A stretch of 64,000 bases of DNA, from contig CALIYX010000009.1 in NCBI GenBank assembly GCA_938049335.1, positions 127,258 to 191,257 of the forward strand. Reading direction: 5' to 3'. Under the pieces are notes generated by a model. That model was given only the letters and a program-made list of their open reading frames with translations. It ran no database searches and was not told where the DNA came from. Position numbers and translations under genes: made by a program. This DNA comes from an uncultured Clostridia bacterium (lineage in GTDB: Bacteria; Bacillota; Clostridia; Peptostreptococcales; Anaerovoracaceae). Below are positions 35,993 through 46,645 of the stretch, piece by piece; positions within the stretch are counted from its first letter, which is position 1; every line of letters starts with the position of its first letter.

Positions 35993-36044
35993 TCCTGCCT
36001 CCTTAAGCATTGTACACTTGCTGGGTTTATTATCTGCAATCAGC

Positions 36045-37271
36045 TTACAGTGACTCGAATCCCCATTTATTATTCTTATCGATATTTCTAGTATCAAGAA
36101 CCAGTTTGCCCTTGAGTAGATCTAGATTCTGTATTATCTCATCATGAGCAACCATTATTATTACAAAATCAACATCTGCAAGGAATTTATCTAGATTATG
36201 GTACTGATTATCAACTATATCATTTTTGACCATAGGGTCATAAACCTTTAGCGGGCTTGCTAGATTCTCCTTTTGGTATTCGAGCATCTGCATTGTCGGA
36301 GAGTTTCTCACATCATCTACGTTTTCTTTATATGTGAGTCCGTAAATTCCCACTCTAGTAAAATCCTTTAGACCATTTTTCTTCATTATGTCATAAGCGC
36401 GTTTTAGAACGTACTCAGGCATGGAATCATTTATCTTACGTGCCTTGTAAATCAGTTCTGTCAAAAGTGGATATTCTCCGACTAAAAACCAAGGATCTAC
36501 AGATATGCAATGCCCACCGACACCCGGTCCTGGCGAAAGTATGTTTACCCTAGGGTGCATGTTCGATATCCTAATCACTTCGTTAACATCTACCCCGCCT
36601 TGTCTACAGATCTTTGCTAGCTCGTTTGCAAAAGCTATGTTTACATCTCTAAAGGTATTCTCAACTACCTTCGTCATCTCTGCCGTCTTAATATCGGTTA
36701 AATTGATTTCGTTCTTACAAAAGCTCTTGTAAACTTCCTTTACTCTTAGGGCTATTTCTTCGCTATCAGCTCCTACAGTTCTAGCGTTATTTTCGATTTC
36801 ATATATTATGTTTCCTGGCATAACCCTCTCAGGAGCATGTGCTAGGTTTATTTTCTTACCTGTTTTAGCAATATAATCTTCAATTATCGGTCTAACATAT
36901 TTGTCTATTGCACCCGGTGTAACAGTCGACTCTAAAACGATGATTGCATCATCTTCGGCAAATTCAAGCACGGATTTTGTTGCGTCCTCTACATATTTGC
37001 AATCGAGCTTCTTTGATACTGAATCATATGGTGTCGGTACGGTAATTATATAAAATGATGACTCAACAGGATGTGTCTTGAACTCTATTTCATTTTCAAG
37101 TGCCTTCTCTAAGAGCTCGGTCATGCCGGGTTCTTCAAATGTCACCTTTTTTTCACGCAGACTATCTATAATATCGCTCTTCACATCTGTACCGACAACT
37201 TGCTTCCCAGATTTAGCCAGTATCAGCGCAGTTGGAAGACCTATATATCCTAGCCCTATTACATTGATCAT
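36045..37271 (-). CDS. wecC: UDP-N-acetyl-D-mannosamine dehydrogenase (UDP-sugar dehydrogenase family)
   Basis: A 408-aa protein with N-terminal NAD fold GLGYIGLP and the catalytic Cys region GGHCI. It is encoded adjacent to wecB. Confidence 0.7.
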   Translation of the reverse strand: MINVIGLGYIGLPTALILAKSGKQVVGTDVKSDIIDSLREKKVTFEEPGMTELLEKALENEIEFKTHPVESSFYIITVPTPYDSVSKKLDCKYVEDATKSVLEFAEDDAIIVLESTVTPGAIDKYVRPIIEDYIAKTGKKINLAHAPERVMPGNIIYEIENNARTVGADSEEIALRVKEVYKSFCKNEINLTDIKTAEMTKVVENTFRDVNIAFANELAKICRQGGVDVNEVIRISNMHPRVNILSPGPGVGGHCISVDPWFLVGEYPLLTELIYKARKINDSMPEYVLKRAYDIMKKNGLKDFTRVGIYGLTYKENVDDVRNSPTMQMLEYQKENLASPLKVYDPMVKNDIVDNQYHNLDKFLADVDFVIIMVAHDEIIQNLDLLKGKLVLDTRNIDKNNKWGFESL

Positions 37272-37317
37272 GCTTGTACTCCTTTTGTAAAATACCCCTC
37301 AAAAATATCGTAATTCC

Positions 37318-38448
37318 TTAGAATAGTTTCTTAATCATTGACAAAAGTCTATTATTATATGCCTCAAAGGAAAACTCACTCTGCATGTTCAAAGAGTTCT
37401 CTCTAATGGCATTGTAAAATTCCTTATCGTCTCTTAGCTTCAGTATAGCTTCGCGCATCTCATCTACTGAGAGGTGATCTACGGCAAGCCCTATATTCCA
37501 CTCTTTAACAAGCTCAGACAAGTATGTGTTCTTCGCTACAATGATTGGCATACTAGCAAAGATTGATTCGTATAGCTTGTTTGGAAGAGCTATCCTTACA
37601 TTCTCCATCGATGCGTCATAAACAGAAAAAATACAGTCACATTTAGAATATAGCTCTGCAATTTCATCATCGTAGAAAAACTTACCACGGTATTCAATGA
37701 AGTCTTTTTTCTCTGCAAGCTCCTTGAAATAACTTCCGTTCTCAAAGCCTGCCATGAGAAGCTTAACCCCAGTTCCATCAAGAGCCTCAGTAAGTCTCTT
37801 AAGCTCATTTATATAACGGATTCCTCCAATATATCCAACGGTGAACGGTCTTCCCTCATTTTTCTTCCTAAGCTCTGCATAATTATTGAACAATCTACCA
37901 TCTGGCATGTTTGGCATGAATATTATTTTTTCCATATCAAAATGCCCTTCAAAGTGACCCAAAAAGCTTCTACTTGTAACAACAATTAAATCAACAAGTC
38001 TCAGCATATGAAGCTCCCTGCGTTTCAGATACTTAGACAGTAAATTGATAGGAAAACTCTTTTTCTCATCTGTGAGATAGTAATGTATATCTGGTACTTC
38101 GTAGATGATTTTAACATCAGCGTCTAGTTTGTTCTTGTACCTATATGCTATCACAAGGGTATCGTAGCTTTGCACATGGATAACCCTTGGCTTCAATTCC
38201 TTAATCAAAGCGAGTGCCTGCTTTATGAATTTCAGCGTTGGAACTATACGCTTCATAGGATTTGTTCTATTTGCAGATATATCTATCCTGTTAACAGATA
38301 CGTAGTCTCTACGAAGCTCAAGTCCTGCCTCACCATCCTTGTCCCAGTAAATCGTATGTATGTCAAAGCTGTCCTTTAGCAAATCCATACGCTTTACTAG
38401 TCTTGGAGGAAATGTGGAATTTATTAAAAATAAATATTTATCTCTCAT
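37318..38448 (-). CDS. Glycosyltransferase family 4
   Basis: A 376-aa protein with a C-terminal GT1/GT4 fold. Confidence 0.55.
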   Translation of the reverse strand: MRDKYLFLINSTFPPRLVKRMDLLKDSFDIHTIYWDKDGEAGLELRRDYVSVNRIDISANRTNPMKRIVPTLKFIKQALALIKELKPRVIHVQSYDTLVIAYRYKNKLDADVKIIYEVPDIHYYLTDEKKSFPINLLSKYLKRRELHMLRLVDLIVVTSRSFLGHFEGHFDMEKIIFMPNMPDGRLFNNYAELRKKNEGRPFTVGYIGGIRYINELKRLTEALDGTGVKLLMAGFENGSYFKELAEKKDFIEYRGKFFYDDEIAELYSKCDCIFSVYDASMENVRIALPNKLYESIFASMPIIVAKNTYLSELVKEWNIGLAVDHLSVDEMREAILKLRDDKEFYNAIRENSLNMQSEFSFEAYNNRLLSMIKKLF

Positions 38449-38482
38449 AGTCTTTTAAATTCACCCACTACTTACATAGTTT

Positions 38483-41125
38483 CTATTTCAACAGTACATC
38501 GTGCTGCTTATAGAATTCATCTATCATAAAATTGCTGTATTTTTCGTAGAAATCTTTGATTTTCTCGTCTCCGCTTTGCTCATATATCGCCTTTAGCATC
38601 ACTATGCACTTTGCAAACTTGTCATCGCTATCCAAGGCCACTAATTGCCCCTCCGATAAATGCATCAAATCGCCTGTCAAATATCCGTTTAAGTCGTATA
38701 GCGGCAATGTCCTCTTTAGCATTTCTACGCCTTTATCATAGCTCTCTTTCGCAATCTGCTTACTGCTATTTGATGCATCAAGTTGACTCCAGTCGTAAAG
38801 TCCTATGAGAACATAAAGCTGCGTATCAAGTCTATAATGTGGAGCTAGATTCGAATAATCCTCATAATAAGCGAATTTACCATCCTTGCCTAGGTAATCT
38901 GTAAATGCAGATTGTTTATCAATACTGCCATCAAAGCTTCTTAGGCATTTCTCATTTAGAAATCCAAGTGCCTTTTCCCCTGCCTCAAGATATCTCTCAT
39001 CACCAGTTAGTTTATACGCTCTTGCAAATACACTTAAGGCTCTTCCCTGTGCCTTTGCCGATACCCATCCGCTATTTATAGTGTCCTCTCTATATCTGCT
39101 ACCAAGCATCATAGGAATGGAGCCATCAGACTTTTGATGTTCCAAAAGCCAATTTGTGCAGCTTATAAATCTGTGCCTTGCTTCAGAGTTATTGTCTTCA
39201 ATTGCTTCTGTATACCATATCAAAGCATAGCTCGTAGCAAGGTCTACGTCGTACTCGAATTTATCTTCCCCTGCTATAATCTTTGGAACTCCGTTTTTGT
39301 CAAGCCTTACTCTTTGACCTACGTTCTTATCAGTCATTTCGTCTGGCTTCCAGTACGGACCCATAGCTTCATACTTGCTTTCGCTGAGTTTTTTATTATA
39401 GTAAAAGTCATCCATCTTTATGTGCATACCTCTGTTGAAGTATCTTGCATTGATGATATGCTCCTCCGGCATCAAAATCGAATACCTCTCGTCAAGCTTG
39501 TTTACGAAATAAGCCTCGTGACCAGATTCCTTTCCATCATCTGTGAAGTAATCAAAGCGATAGTAATGCCAGCCTTCATTTAGGCTTGCTAGCTCCATTT
39601 CGTATGTAAACTTTCCATCCTTGACGTCAAGCTTCTTTACTTCCTTGCCATCAAAAACAACCTTTACCTTGCTAACGCCCTTGCTAGGAATTCTTTCAAA
39701 TCTATAGCTCGCCTCCGTTTCAAATAAAGGCTTAAGCGGAAGCTGGAACTTATGTCTTACAGGGCTTGAAGTAAGCGCAGCATATGCCGCTCCTATTAGA
39801 CAAAGCAGTAATGCTATTATTGTTACTATGTACTTTTTCTTTATACTTTTCCTAGTAGCCCCTGTGATTAAAAGCTTTGATGCATAAGCGACAGATAGGG
39901 CTATTACTATCCACCAGTATGCTATACCTATGTAATTGCTAGAAGCAAATCCAACTATTACAAAAATAATATCCATAGGAATGAGCACAGCTCTTATTCT
40001 ATCTTTTTTCTCACCGCAAGCAATCATTACTGCCAGCGATAAGATGCAAATGCTTACAAAGAATATGAATATACCTAGTCCGTAGTTTGCAATTATTTCA
40101 AGCCACAGCGAGTGTGGATTGCTCAGGACATAGTTATGATCAAATGGAGCAAGAAATTTATTTACCCCGTATGGCCCGTATCCAAGTCCCTTGGCATCTC
40201 TAATTGCATGTGTAAACTCCATTATATAGGTGTTCATTCTTATATAGGCTGATCCAGTCTGAGTATTTACACCAGAAAACTGCTCGAAAACCTCGTTTCC
40301 TAGTCCTCTACCCCCTCTCTTTAGAGAAACGGTTATTATCAGCTTTTCTAGACCATAAGCGTATATAGCTCCAGCGATTAGCCATCTATATTTGACTGTC
40401 GATACAATTGAATAAATCAAAAGGCCTAAGCATATACCAAATAGGCAGATTACTGCATCATCCTTTAGAAGAAGGAACTCCATCAAAGATAATTCAATCA
40501 CATTCAGCGCATTAACATATAGCTTCTTCCCAAGCTGAGGAAAGAAAAGTGGTGAAAATAGCGCAAGACAGGCACAGTAATCGTTTTCGTTAAAGAAGAT
40601 ACCCGTCGCAACACTAGGAATGCCACTACTTGAATTAGCCACGGCTGAAACATTGTAGTAGCTTGATGTGGACAGGTGATTCCCCGTTACAATCTCAAAG
40701 ATTCCTAACAATGTCAAGGCTACTATCGATACTTTACAGAATAGGAAAATGCGATTTTCCATACCTTCCGTCTTCACGGCAAGGAGAACGCACAGTGCTA
40801 TGGAAAACTGTAAAACCATCTGAAGCAGCTCTTTAAAAGCATCCTTGTCTGTAATCGTTCCTCTTAGCAGCATTAAGGCTATGCTATATATGAACCATAC
40901 CGCCATGAGTATTACAAAAGATTTATCCAAGGATTCGAATTTCAGTTCCTTCTTTCTATATGCACGGTAGAAGAAAACGCACAAAAGTAGTGGTATCGCC
41001 ACTCTAAACAGCGTTACAACAATTCCGGCAACTCTAAAACCAAAGCCTATGCTCGCGCCAAAGAAGACAGAGAAGACTAGAGCTCCTATAAGTATGGAAT
41101 CTGTTTTCTGCTTGGATAAATTCAT
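38483..41125 (-). CDS. Fusion protein: Wzy/O-antigen-ligase-like polytopic membrane domain plus C-terminal D-glucuronyl C5-epimerase-like domain
   Basis: It is 880 aa. The first ~450 aa contain more than 10 hydrophobic helices. The C-terminal ~400 aa contain SGWVSAKAQGRALSVFARAYKLTGDERYL and YVLIGLYDWSQLD. These match the GWxSAMAQGQAIS...RAY and LIGLYDL signatures of GLCE-type uronyl C5-epimerases, recalled from memory. Confidence 0.55.
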   Translation of the reverse strand: MNLSKQKTDSILIGALVFSVFFGASIGFGFRVAGIVVTLFRVAIPLLLCVFFYRAYRKKELKFESLDKSFVILMAVWFIYSIALMLLRGTITDKDAFKELLQMVLQFSIALCVLLAVKTEGMENRIFLFCKVSIVALTLLGIFEIVTGNHLSTSSYYNVSAVANSSSGIPSVATGIFFNENDYCACLALFSPLFFPQLGKKLYVNALNVIELSLMEFLLLKDDAVICLFGICLGLLIYSIVSTVKYRWLIAGAIYAYGLEKLIITVSLKRGGRGLGNEVFEQFSGVNTQTGSAYIRMNTYIMEFTHAIRDAKGLGYGPYGVNKFLAPFDHNYVLSNPHSLWLEIIANYGLGIFIFFVSICILSLAVMIACGEKKDRIRAVLIPMDIIFVIVGFASSNYIGIAYWWIVIALSVAYASKLLITGATRKSIKKKYIVTIIALLLCLIGAAYAALTSSPVRHKFQLPLKPLFETEASYRFERIPSKGVSKVKVVFDGKEVKKLDVKDGKFTYEMELASLNEGWHYYRFDYFTDDGKESGHEAYFVNKLDERYSILMPEEHIINARYFNRGMHIKMDDFYYNKKLSESKYEAMGPYWKPDEMTDKNVGQRVRLDKNGVPKIIAGEDKFEYDVDLATSYALIWYTEAIEDNNSEARHRFISCTNWLLEHQKSDGSIPMMLGSRYREDTINSGWVSAKAQGRALSVFARAYKLTGDERYLEAGEKALGFLNEKCLRSFDGSIDKQSAFTDYLGKDGKFAYYEDYSNLAPHYRLDTQLYVLIGLYDWSQLDASNSSKQIAKESYDKGVEMLKRTLPLYDLNGYLTGDLMHLSEGQLVALDSDDKFAKCIVMLKAIYEQSGDEKIKDFYEKYSNFMIDEFYKQHDVLLK

Positions 41126-41126
41126 C

Positions 41127-42569
41127 TTAACCCCTTATTTTAGCCTTGATTCTGATAAGAATCGAAAAAATATCCTTTATCGCATTCCTGTAAATTATAC
41201 AGATAAAAGCGATCGACATAGCTGTGAGCAGGGCTCTAAAAACAAGTCCTATCTCATAGTGGTTCATAAATATTGAAAGAGCTATAATAGCTACATTGCT
41301 TATTAAAAGCTTTGATATGCCGTAATCGCACGGATATACTTTCTGCGCAAATACGTAGAGCAGAATCGCCATAACAAAGTAACCTACATATGTTGTATAT
41401 GCTGCAGCCTCTGGTCCATAGCTTGGAATAAAGACTATATTCAGCACTATGTTTAGCACTGCACCAATTACATTTGCCAGCAATATATATCCAGTTTTCT
41501 TTTCAAACGATAGGCCGTATCCAACTATAACTGAGACTCCGTACATAACCTGTCCAAAGAGAAGTCCTGGAAGAAGCAGGTAAGCTGCCCCATACGCGGT
41601 ATTTGACATTACTGCAATGATTTCCTTACCCCACATAGTCACAAAGATGCATATTATCATCAAAATCATATAGTAGAATCCCAGCACTCGCTTATACTGG
41701 TATTTGGCATCCTCATCATCCTTCTTGTCAAAGGCAAATGTGGTGTATGCTGTAAATACTGCATTTGATATAATCGATAGAACAGAGCTAAATCTTGCTC
41801 CAATTCCATAGATTCCTACCTCGGCTGCCGAGAAATAGTGCAGTATGAAGTATCTATCTGAAAGGTTCAAAAACCAAGCAGCAATCGCAGTCGGAATAAT
41901 AGGAACCGAGTACTTTAGCATTTGGTTTAAAAGAGCTTTATCGTACTCCCTATAATTAAATAGCTTAGGCAAGAAAATTAGGTATGCCAGAAGCTGAAAT
42001 AGCTGTACTATCGCAGAGCTTAGTATCAAAGCAAATGCCCCTAGGTGAAGTACAGATACAAACACTATGTTTGTGCCTATCATCAAAAGCGATGCGCTTA
42101 CATTTACCATAGCAAAGAGGAACATTCGATTCTCCATCCTTGCGTGTAAAGCGTATGGCGTATACCAAAGGTTAAAGCTTATGGTTATAAGCGAAACAGC
42201 AACGAGAATTTGGTGCTTTTCGGTATGGAATAGCCAAAGAGAAATATCCTTGCTGAATATCGCTATTATAAACGGCGTTATTCCGGCAATTATGAGCGTT
42301 ATCAGTGAGGTGTTAAACACCTTGCTCTTATGCTCCTCTGTTCTCTCATCAAAGTAAAAAGCACTGAAAGCGGAGTCTAGACCTAACATAAGAAGTGGCA
42401 TAAGTATAGCCGTCACATTGGTTATAGAATCCGAAATACCAAGCTCTGTCGGTGTCAAATACTTTGTATAAAGCGGTAACAGGAAAAAATTTATCGCTTT
42501 AATCATCATATTTGCAAGCACGAGTATTGCGCTTCCTTTTATGAAATTACCAAGTTTACTATCACTCAT
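41127..42569 (-). CDS. wzx: Oligosaccharide flippase (Wzx, MOP superfamily)
   Basis: A 480-aa polytopic protein. The N-terminal LVLANMMIKAINFFLLPLYTKYL is typical of the polysaccharide biosynthesis protein family. Confidence 0.7.
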   Translation of the reverse strand: MSDSKLGNFIKGSAILVLANMMIKAINFFLLPLYTKYLTPTELGISDSITNVTAILMPLLMLGLDSAFSAFYFDERTEEHKSKVFNTSLITLIIAGITPFIIAIFSKDISLWLFHTEKHQILVAVSLITISFNLWYTPYALHARMENRMFLFAMVNVSASLLMIGTNIVFVSVLHLGAFALILSSAIVQLFQLLAYLIFLPKLFNYREYDKALLNQMLKYSVPIIPTAIAAWFLNLSDRYFILHYFSAAEVGIYGIGARFSSVLSIISNAVFTAYTTFAFDKKDDEDAKYQYKRVLGFYYMILMIICIFVTMWGKEIIAVMSNTAYGAAYLLLPGLLFGQVMYGVSVIVGYGLSFEKKTGYILLANVIGAVLNIVLNIVFIPSYGPEAAAYTTYVGYFVMAILLYVFAQKVYPCDYGISKLLISNVAIIALSIFMNHYEIGLVFRALLTAMSIAFICIIYRNAIKDIFSILIRIKAKIRG

Positions 42570-42571
42570 AA

Positions 42572-43633
42572 CTAAAGCTCTTTTACTTCCTCAAAGGCAG
42601 CTCTTCCGCTGAGTTTCTTTGCCTTGCCTTCATATATTTGACCAATAACCTTGCCATTTTTCTTACAGTCGTGGTAGCTTTCTATATACTTTCTACCAGC
42701 AACGCCAAGGTCATGCCTAAGCTTTCCGTCATTTATCAGTCTCTCTAATTCACTCTCTATGTTAAGAGGTGAAGCGCTAACTATAGGTAGCTCCTCTGGC
42801 AAGTTCTTCTGCATATTATCTGTTATATATGTAATTACAGGCTTGCCCATACCCATGGCTTCAATTGCGAATACGCCGTAGGTTCCTCCGAGAATCTGAT
42901 CTACTATTATATCGGCCTTCGTATATTCCTTGAAGGCATCTTCCTGATTCATATTTTCAACTAATATGTATTCTATCTCGTATTTTTTCTTCAGATTTTC
43001 CACAGCCTTATGTACATGGCTTGTTCCCTTAACACCTCTATTTGATGGTGCATGAACAATGGTCACCGTCTTTTTATCCGGATCAGGATATTTAGGCTCA
43101 AATTTATCTGGCTCTATCCTTAAAGGAACAACAAATGGCTGAAGCTCCGCCGGAAAATGTGGAAGAAGCTCATCGTCGTGAACAATGAAAGCCTTAGCAT
43201 ATTTCCCTAGCTTAAGCATTCTTGTTCTAAGCTTCTCTTCATTCGTCAAGCCGACCTCCCTCCAGTAGTGGTTCATTCTATATGCTATAGATTCCTGCCT
43301 AACGTCTGAGCCATGAAACTCAAAGAAAATATTCTTTTTTAGGAGCTTCAAAAATGGCAGGTCTAAATTCCAAGGCAAAAGACTATGCCCAAAGTGGAAA
43401 TGGTAGGTGTCATACTTAAAGCTACACTTCAAGAAATTGAAGAATACCCTTACTGCATATATAGGATACATGTGTTTCTTACCTTGCACCATCATCATAC
43501 ATTCATCGTATGGATAGTGAACTGGAGACTCGTCCCACAGTATCAGCTTTGCATCATATCCGTTGCTTCTCAACCCTTTTACAGAGTAGTAGGCCTGACC
43601 AGCAACCTCTCTCATTCCATGCATTATTTTCAT
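42572..43633 (-). CDS. Glycosyltransferase (GT4-like C-terminal domain)
   Basis: A 353-aa protein with the EAMGMGKPVI E-x7-E region. Confidence 0.5.
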   Translation of the reverse strand: MKIMHGMREVAGQAYYSVKGLRSNGYDAKLILWDESPVHYPYDECMMMVQGKKHMYPIYAVRVFFNFLKCSFKYDTYHFHFGHSLLPWNLDLPFLKLLKKNIFFEFHGSDVRQESIAYRMNHYWREVGLTNEEKLRTRMLKLGKYAKAFIVHDDELLPHFPAELQPFVVPLRIEPDKFEPKYPDPDKKTVTIVHAPSNRGVKGTSHVHKAVENLKKKYEIEYILVENMNQEDAFKEYTKADIIVDQILGGTYGVFAIEAMGMGKPVITYITDNMQKNLPEELPIVSASPLNIESELERLINDGKLRHDLGVAGRKYIESYHDCKKNGKVIGQIYEGKAKKLSGRAAFEEVKEL

Positions 43634-43693
43634 AATTAATTTTATAACACTAGCCTCTAGTATTAATTCTCCTTTTGTTTTTGAGCAAAATTA

Positions 43694-44767
43694 CTATTTG
43701 TTAAGCAAGTCCGAAATCACCTGCTCAACTCTCTTTTCCCAGGTGTTGTTCAATGCAGCTTTTTTTACATTTTCTAACAAAGCGTGGTAAAGTTCGTCAT
43801 TAGTATAATACTCTAAAATAGCATTTTCTATGCTATCTGCACCTTCCTTGCAGATTAGTCCGCTCTCGTTTTGCTGTATAAATCTTGCCATAGCTGGACA
43901 GTCCGTAGAAATCATCGGTAGTCCGTGGCTCATACACTCTAGTACCTTAACAGATATAGCCATGTCCATATAGAAATGTCTCTTCTTTGGAAGGACTCCA
44001 AGGTCACACCTTGCATAAATAGGTTCTAGAGCTTCTCCCGATGCTTCTATAACCTCTATCCAGTCGCTTTTTAGAAGCTCACTATTTTTAAGATGTACAA
44101 GCTCTTCCTTCTTTGTTATCAGGTTGAACTTCACTCTAAATCCACTTTTATTTATGCGGTCAAGTGCTATAAGCAAGTCATCTATGCCATCAGCCTCTCT
44201 GACTCCACCTGCATAAAAAATTTCTCTAGCGCCTAGCTTGACTTCGCCTCTAGGCTCATTGCATCCTGGTGGCAGTACGCCTACCCTTCTAAAGTTCACA
44301 GATTCTAAAATCTTTATGCATTCCTGTGACGGGAAGTAGACTACATCGCAGTATTTTCTAAATGCCACAAGATCTCTCCTGTGCATCATTTTTAGAATCG
44401 TTTGCTTCCAAAGAGGCGTTCCCTTCCATGCCCATTTTGAGAACTTCCAGTAAAAATCTCTATAGAACAAGCCTATAGGAACTCCCATCTTATGAACCTT
44501 CTTCAAAAGTGAAAGATCTATTTGATTGAAGAATGGACCCGAAGGTGGCTCGACATAGCATATATCCGGCTTATTGTTATCAAGCCAGTCTAGTATTTCC
44601 TTTACCTTTGCCTGTCTTTCCTTTCTTCTGTTCTGTTGTCCTTCTAGGAGCTTGACTTCATGACCTAGGTTTACAAGCGCATTGTACATTCTGAATGGCC
44701 TTACTGAAGATCCCGATGAAAGCTCTCCAAAGTCAGTAAATGTTATATATAAAACTTTTAATTTCAT
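43694..44767 (-). CDS. Glycosyltransferase family 4
   Basis: A 357-aa protein with a GT4 fold (ECMSHGLPMISTD). Confidence 0.55.
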   Translation of the reverse strand: MKLKVLYITFTDFGELSSGSSVRPFRMYNALVNLGHEVKLLEGQQNRRKERQAKVKEILDWLDNNKPDICYVEPPSGPFFNQIDLSLLKKVHKMGVPIGLFYRDFYWKFSKWAWKGTPLWKQTILKMMHRRDLVAFRKYCDVVYFPSQECIKILESVNFRRVGVLPPGCNEPRGEVKLGAREIFYAGGVREADGIDDLLIALDRINKSGFRVKFNLITKKEELVHLKNSELLKSDWIEVIEASGEALEPIYARCDLGVLPKKRHFYMDMAISVKVLECMSHGLPMISTDCPAMARFIQQNESGLICKEGADSIENAILEYYTNDELYHALLENVKKAALNNTWEKRVEQVISDLLNK

Positions 44768-44775
44768 AGAGTGTC

Positions 44776-45681
44776 TTATTTCCTCTTCATCTCTGCAATT
44801 AATTCCTCGTGACTTCTAGCAAAGTTCCCGCTTACAGCTTCTCCCTCGCCCACTGATTTGGTAACAACAGCTCCCATATTTGCCCTGCTACCTGGGCCTA
44901 AATCAATGCCATTTCTGATAACTGCACCTAGTCCAATCCAGACATTGTCACCGATGTTACAACGACCACCTATTGTAGCGCCAGATGCGACAAGACTAAG
45001 CTTTCCAATTTTGACACCATGGGCAATATACACAAGATTATCTATGCTGCTGTAATCATCAATAATTGTATTGTCCCATGGATAAATAGCTTTATCTAAG
45101 CATACATTGTGCTGTATCTCGACATTCTTGCCTATCCTTACACCGCCGACATGCTCTACCAAAAAGCTCTCTGTTCCTTCTCCGTTTTTCTTAAACTCAA
45201 AACCAGTTCCACCGATTACAGTGCCTGCTCTAATTACCGAGTTATCTCCTATAACCGTATTTTCTTTGATCGATACAAATTCCTCTATTGTCACATTGTT
45301 TCCTATCGTAACATTCATATCCGCAATATATGCCATCTTGCTGATATTACAGCCCTCGCCTATAGTAGTCGGATGGTTTTCCCTTCTATATCCATCTGTT
45401 TTAGTCAGGTAGTTGTGTAGCGAGAAAAACACAGCTCTAGGGTATTCTGTTGCAATTACTCCATAGTTTCTGTCTTTAGACTTTAGCTCTTCTGCAACTT
45501 CCCTTTTGGTTATTAGCATTGAAATGCCATCAGGAACATTTTCGACAAAAGATATTTTTTCGGCAAATGTACACACATCTGAGCCATCATTGTAGCTGAC
45601 TAGCCCTAATGACTCCACCGGCCTTTCATCCATCACCTCAAAGGCAATTCCCATTTTTTCTAAAATCTCACTTAAAAACAT
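44776..45681 (-). CDS. LpxD-like left-handed beta-helix (hexapeptide) acyltransferase, paralog A
   Basis: A 301-aa protein with an N-terminal domain followed by hexapeptide repeats. It is paralogous to the genes at 45713-46642 and 50843-51745. Confidence 0.55.
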   Translation of the reverse strand: MFLSEILEKMGIAFEVMDERPVESLGLVSYNDGSDVCTFAEKISFVENVPDGISMLITKREVAEELKSKDRNYGVIATEYPRAVFFSLHNYLTKTDGYRRENHPTTIGEGCNISKMAYIADMNVTIGNNVTIEEFVSIKENTVIGDNSVIRAGTVIGGTGFEFKKNGEGTESFLVEHVGGVRIGKNVEIQHNVCLDKAIYPWDNTIIDDYSSIDNLVYIAHGVKIGKLSLVASGATIGGRCNIGDNVWIGLGAVIRNGIDLGPGSRANMGAVVTKSVGEGEAVSGNFARSHEELIAEMKRK

Positions 45682-45712
45682 TTATACCTTCTTTCGAAAG
45701 AACCACCTAGAT

Positions 45713-46642
45713 TTATTTATCACCCAAAATTGACTTTAGATGCTCTATGTAGAGCTTGTGATCAATTGCAAAGTTTCCCGAAACCTGAGAATTATCAGCA
45801 ACATCCTTTGTAACTACTGCTCCCATAGAAATCTTACAATTCTTACCTACCTTAGTCATAGGCGCAATACATGACTGGACACCAACAAAAGTATTATCTC
45901 CAATCTCTGCCCAACCTCCAAATGTTATGTTTGCTGCAGCAATAACATCTTCACCAATCCAAGTATCATGGCCTACCATTATGCAATTGTCTATGGATGA
46001 ATATCGCCCTATCTTGGTTTCCCCGCCTATTACACCCTTTTGGATGCTTACATTTGTATGGATTGTCGATCCCTCATATAGGTGAACAGTTCCTGAACTA
46101 TATACAAGTTTTTTCTTTGGCCCCTCTCCATAGTAATAGAATGCAGGAGAGCCTATAACTGTGCCGCTCATTACTCTAACATTATCGTCTATGACAACGC
46201 CGTCATAAATTACAACCTGAGGATCTATGGTTACGTTATTTCCTATCCTTACATTCTTAGGTGAAATCACAGCTGATTCTGCAATATTGCAATTTTCGCC
46301 TATGACAGTATCGAAGTTAAGTTCTCTTTGTTTTGATATAGCCTCATGTGCTTGGAAGAAAACAGTTTTAGGATCATCTGATGTGCATATACCTCCATCA
46401 AATTCTTTACTTATATCCTCTGCTATGTCTTTAGGACATATTATGCAACTTACACCTGCATCCCTAACAGCCGGAAAATATTTCATAGACATAATGTATG
46501 AGATGGTTTTGAGGCTTTCATCAAATCTGAGTCCTGAAAGCATGACAGTCTCGAACTCGCCATCATTAACCACTTCAATTTTTTCATCTATAACACTGTT
46601 TAATTCTGATAATTTCATGTTTACCTCCGTGGGCTTAATCAC
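45713..46642 (-). CDS. LpxD-like hexapeptide acyltransferase, paralog B
   Basis: A 309-aa protein with hexapeptide repeats. Its C-terminus is similar to paralog A (VVTK.V.....VSGNFA). Confidence 0.55.
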   Translation of the reverse strand: MIKPTEVNMKLSELNSVIDEKIEVVNDGEFETVMLSGLRFDESLKTISYIMSMKYFPAVRDAGVSCIICPKDIAEDISKEFDGGICTSDDPKTVFFQAHEAISKQRELNFDTVIGENCNIAESAVISPKNVRIGNNVTIDPQVVIYDGVVIDDNVRVMSGTVIGSPAFYYYGEGPKKKLVYSSGTVHLYEGSTIHTNVSIQKGVIGGETKIGRYSSIDNCIMVGHDTWIGEDVIAAANITFGGWAEIGDNTFVGVQSCIAPMTKVGKNCKISMGAVVTKDVADNSQVSGNFAIDHKLYIEHLKSILGDK

Positions 46643-46645
46643 ACT

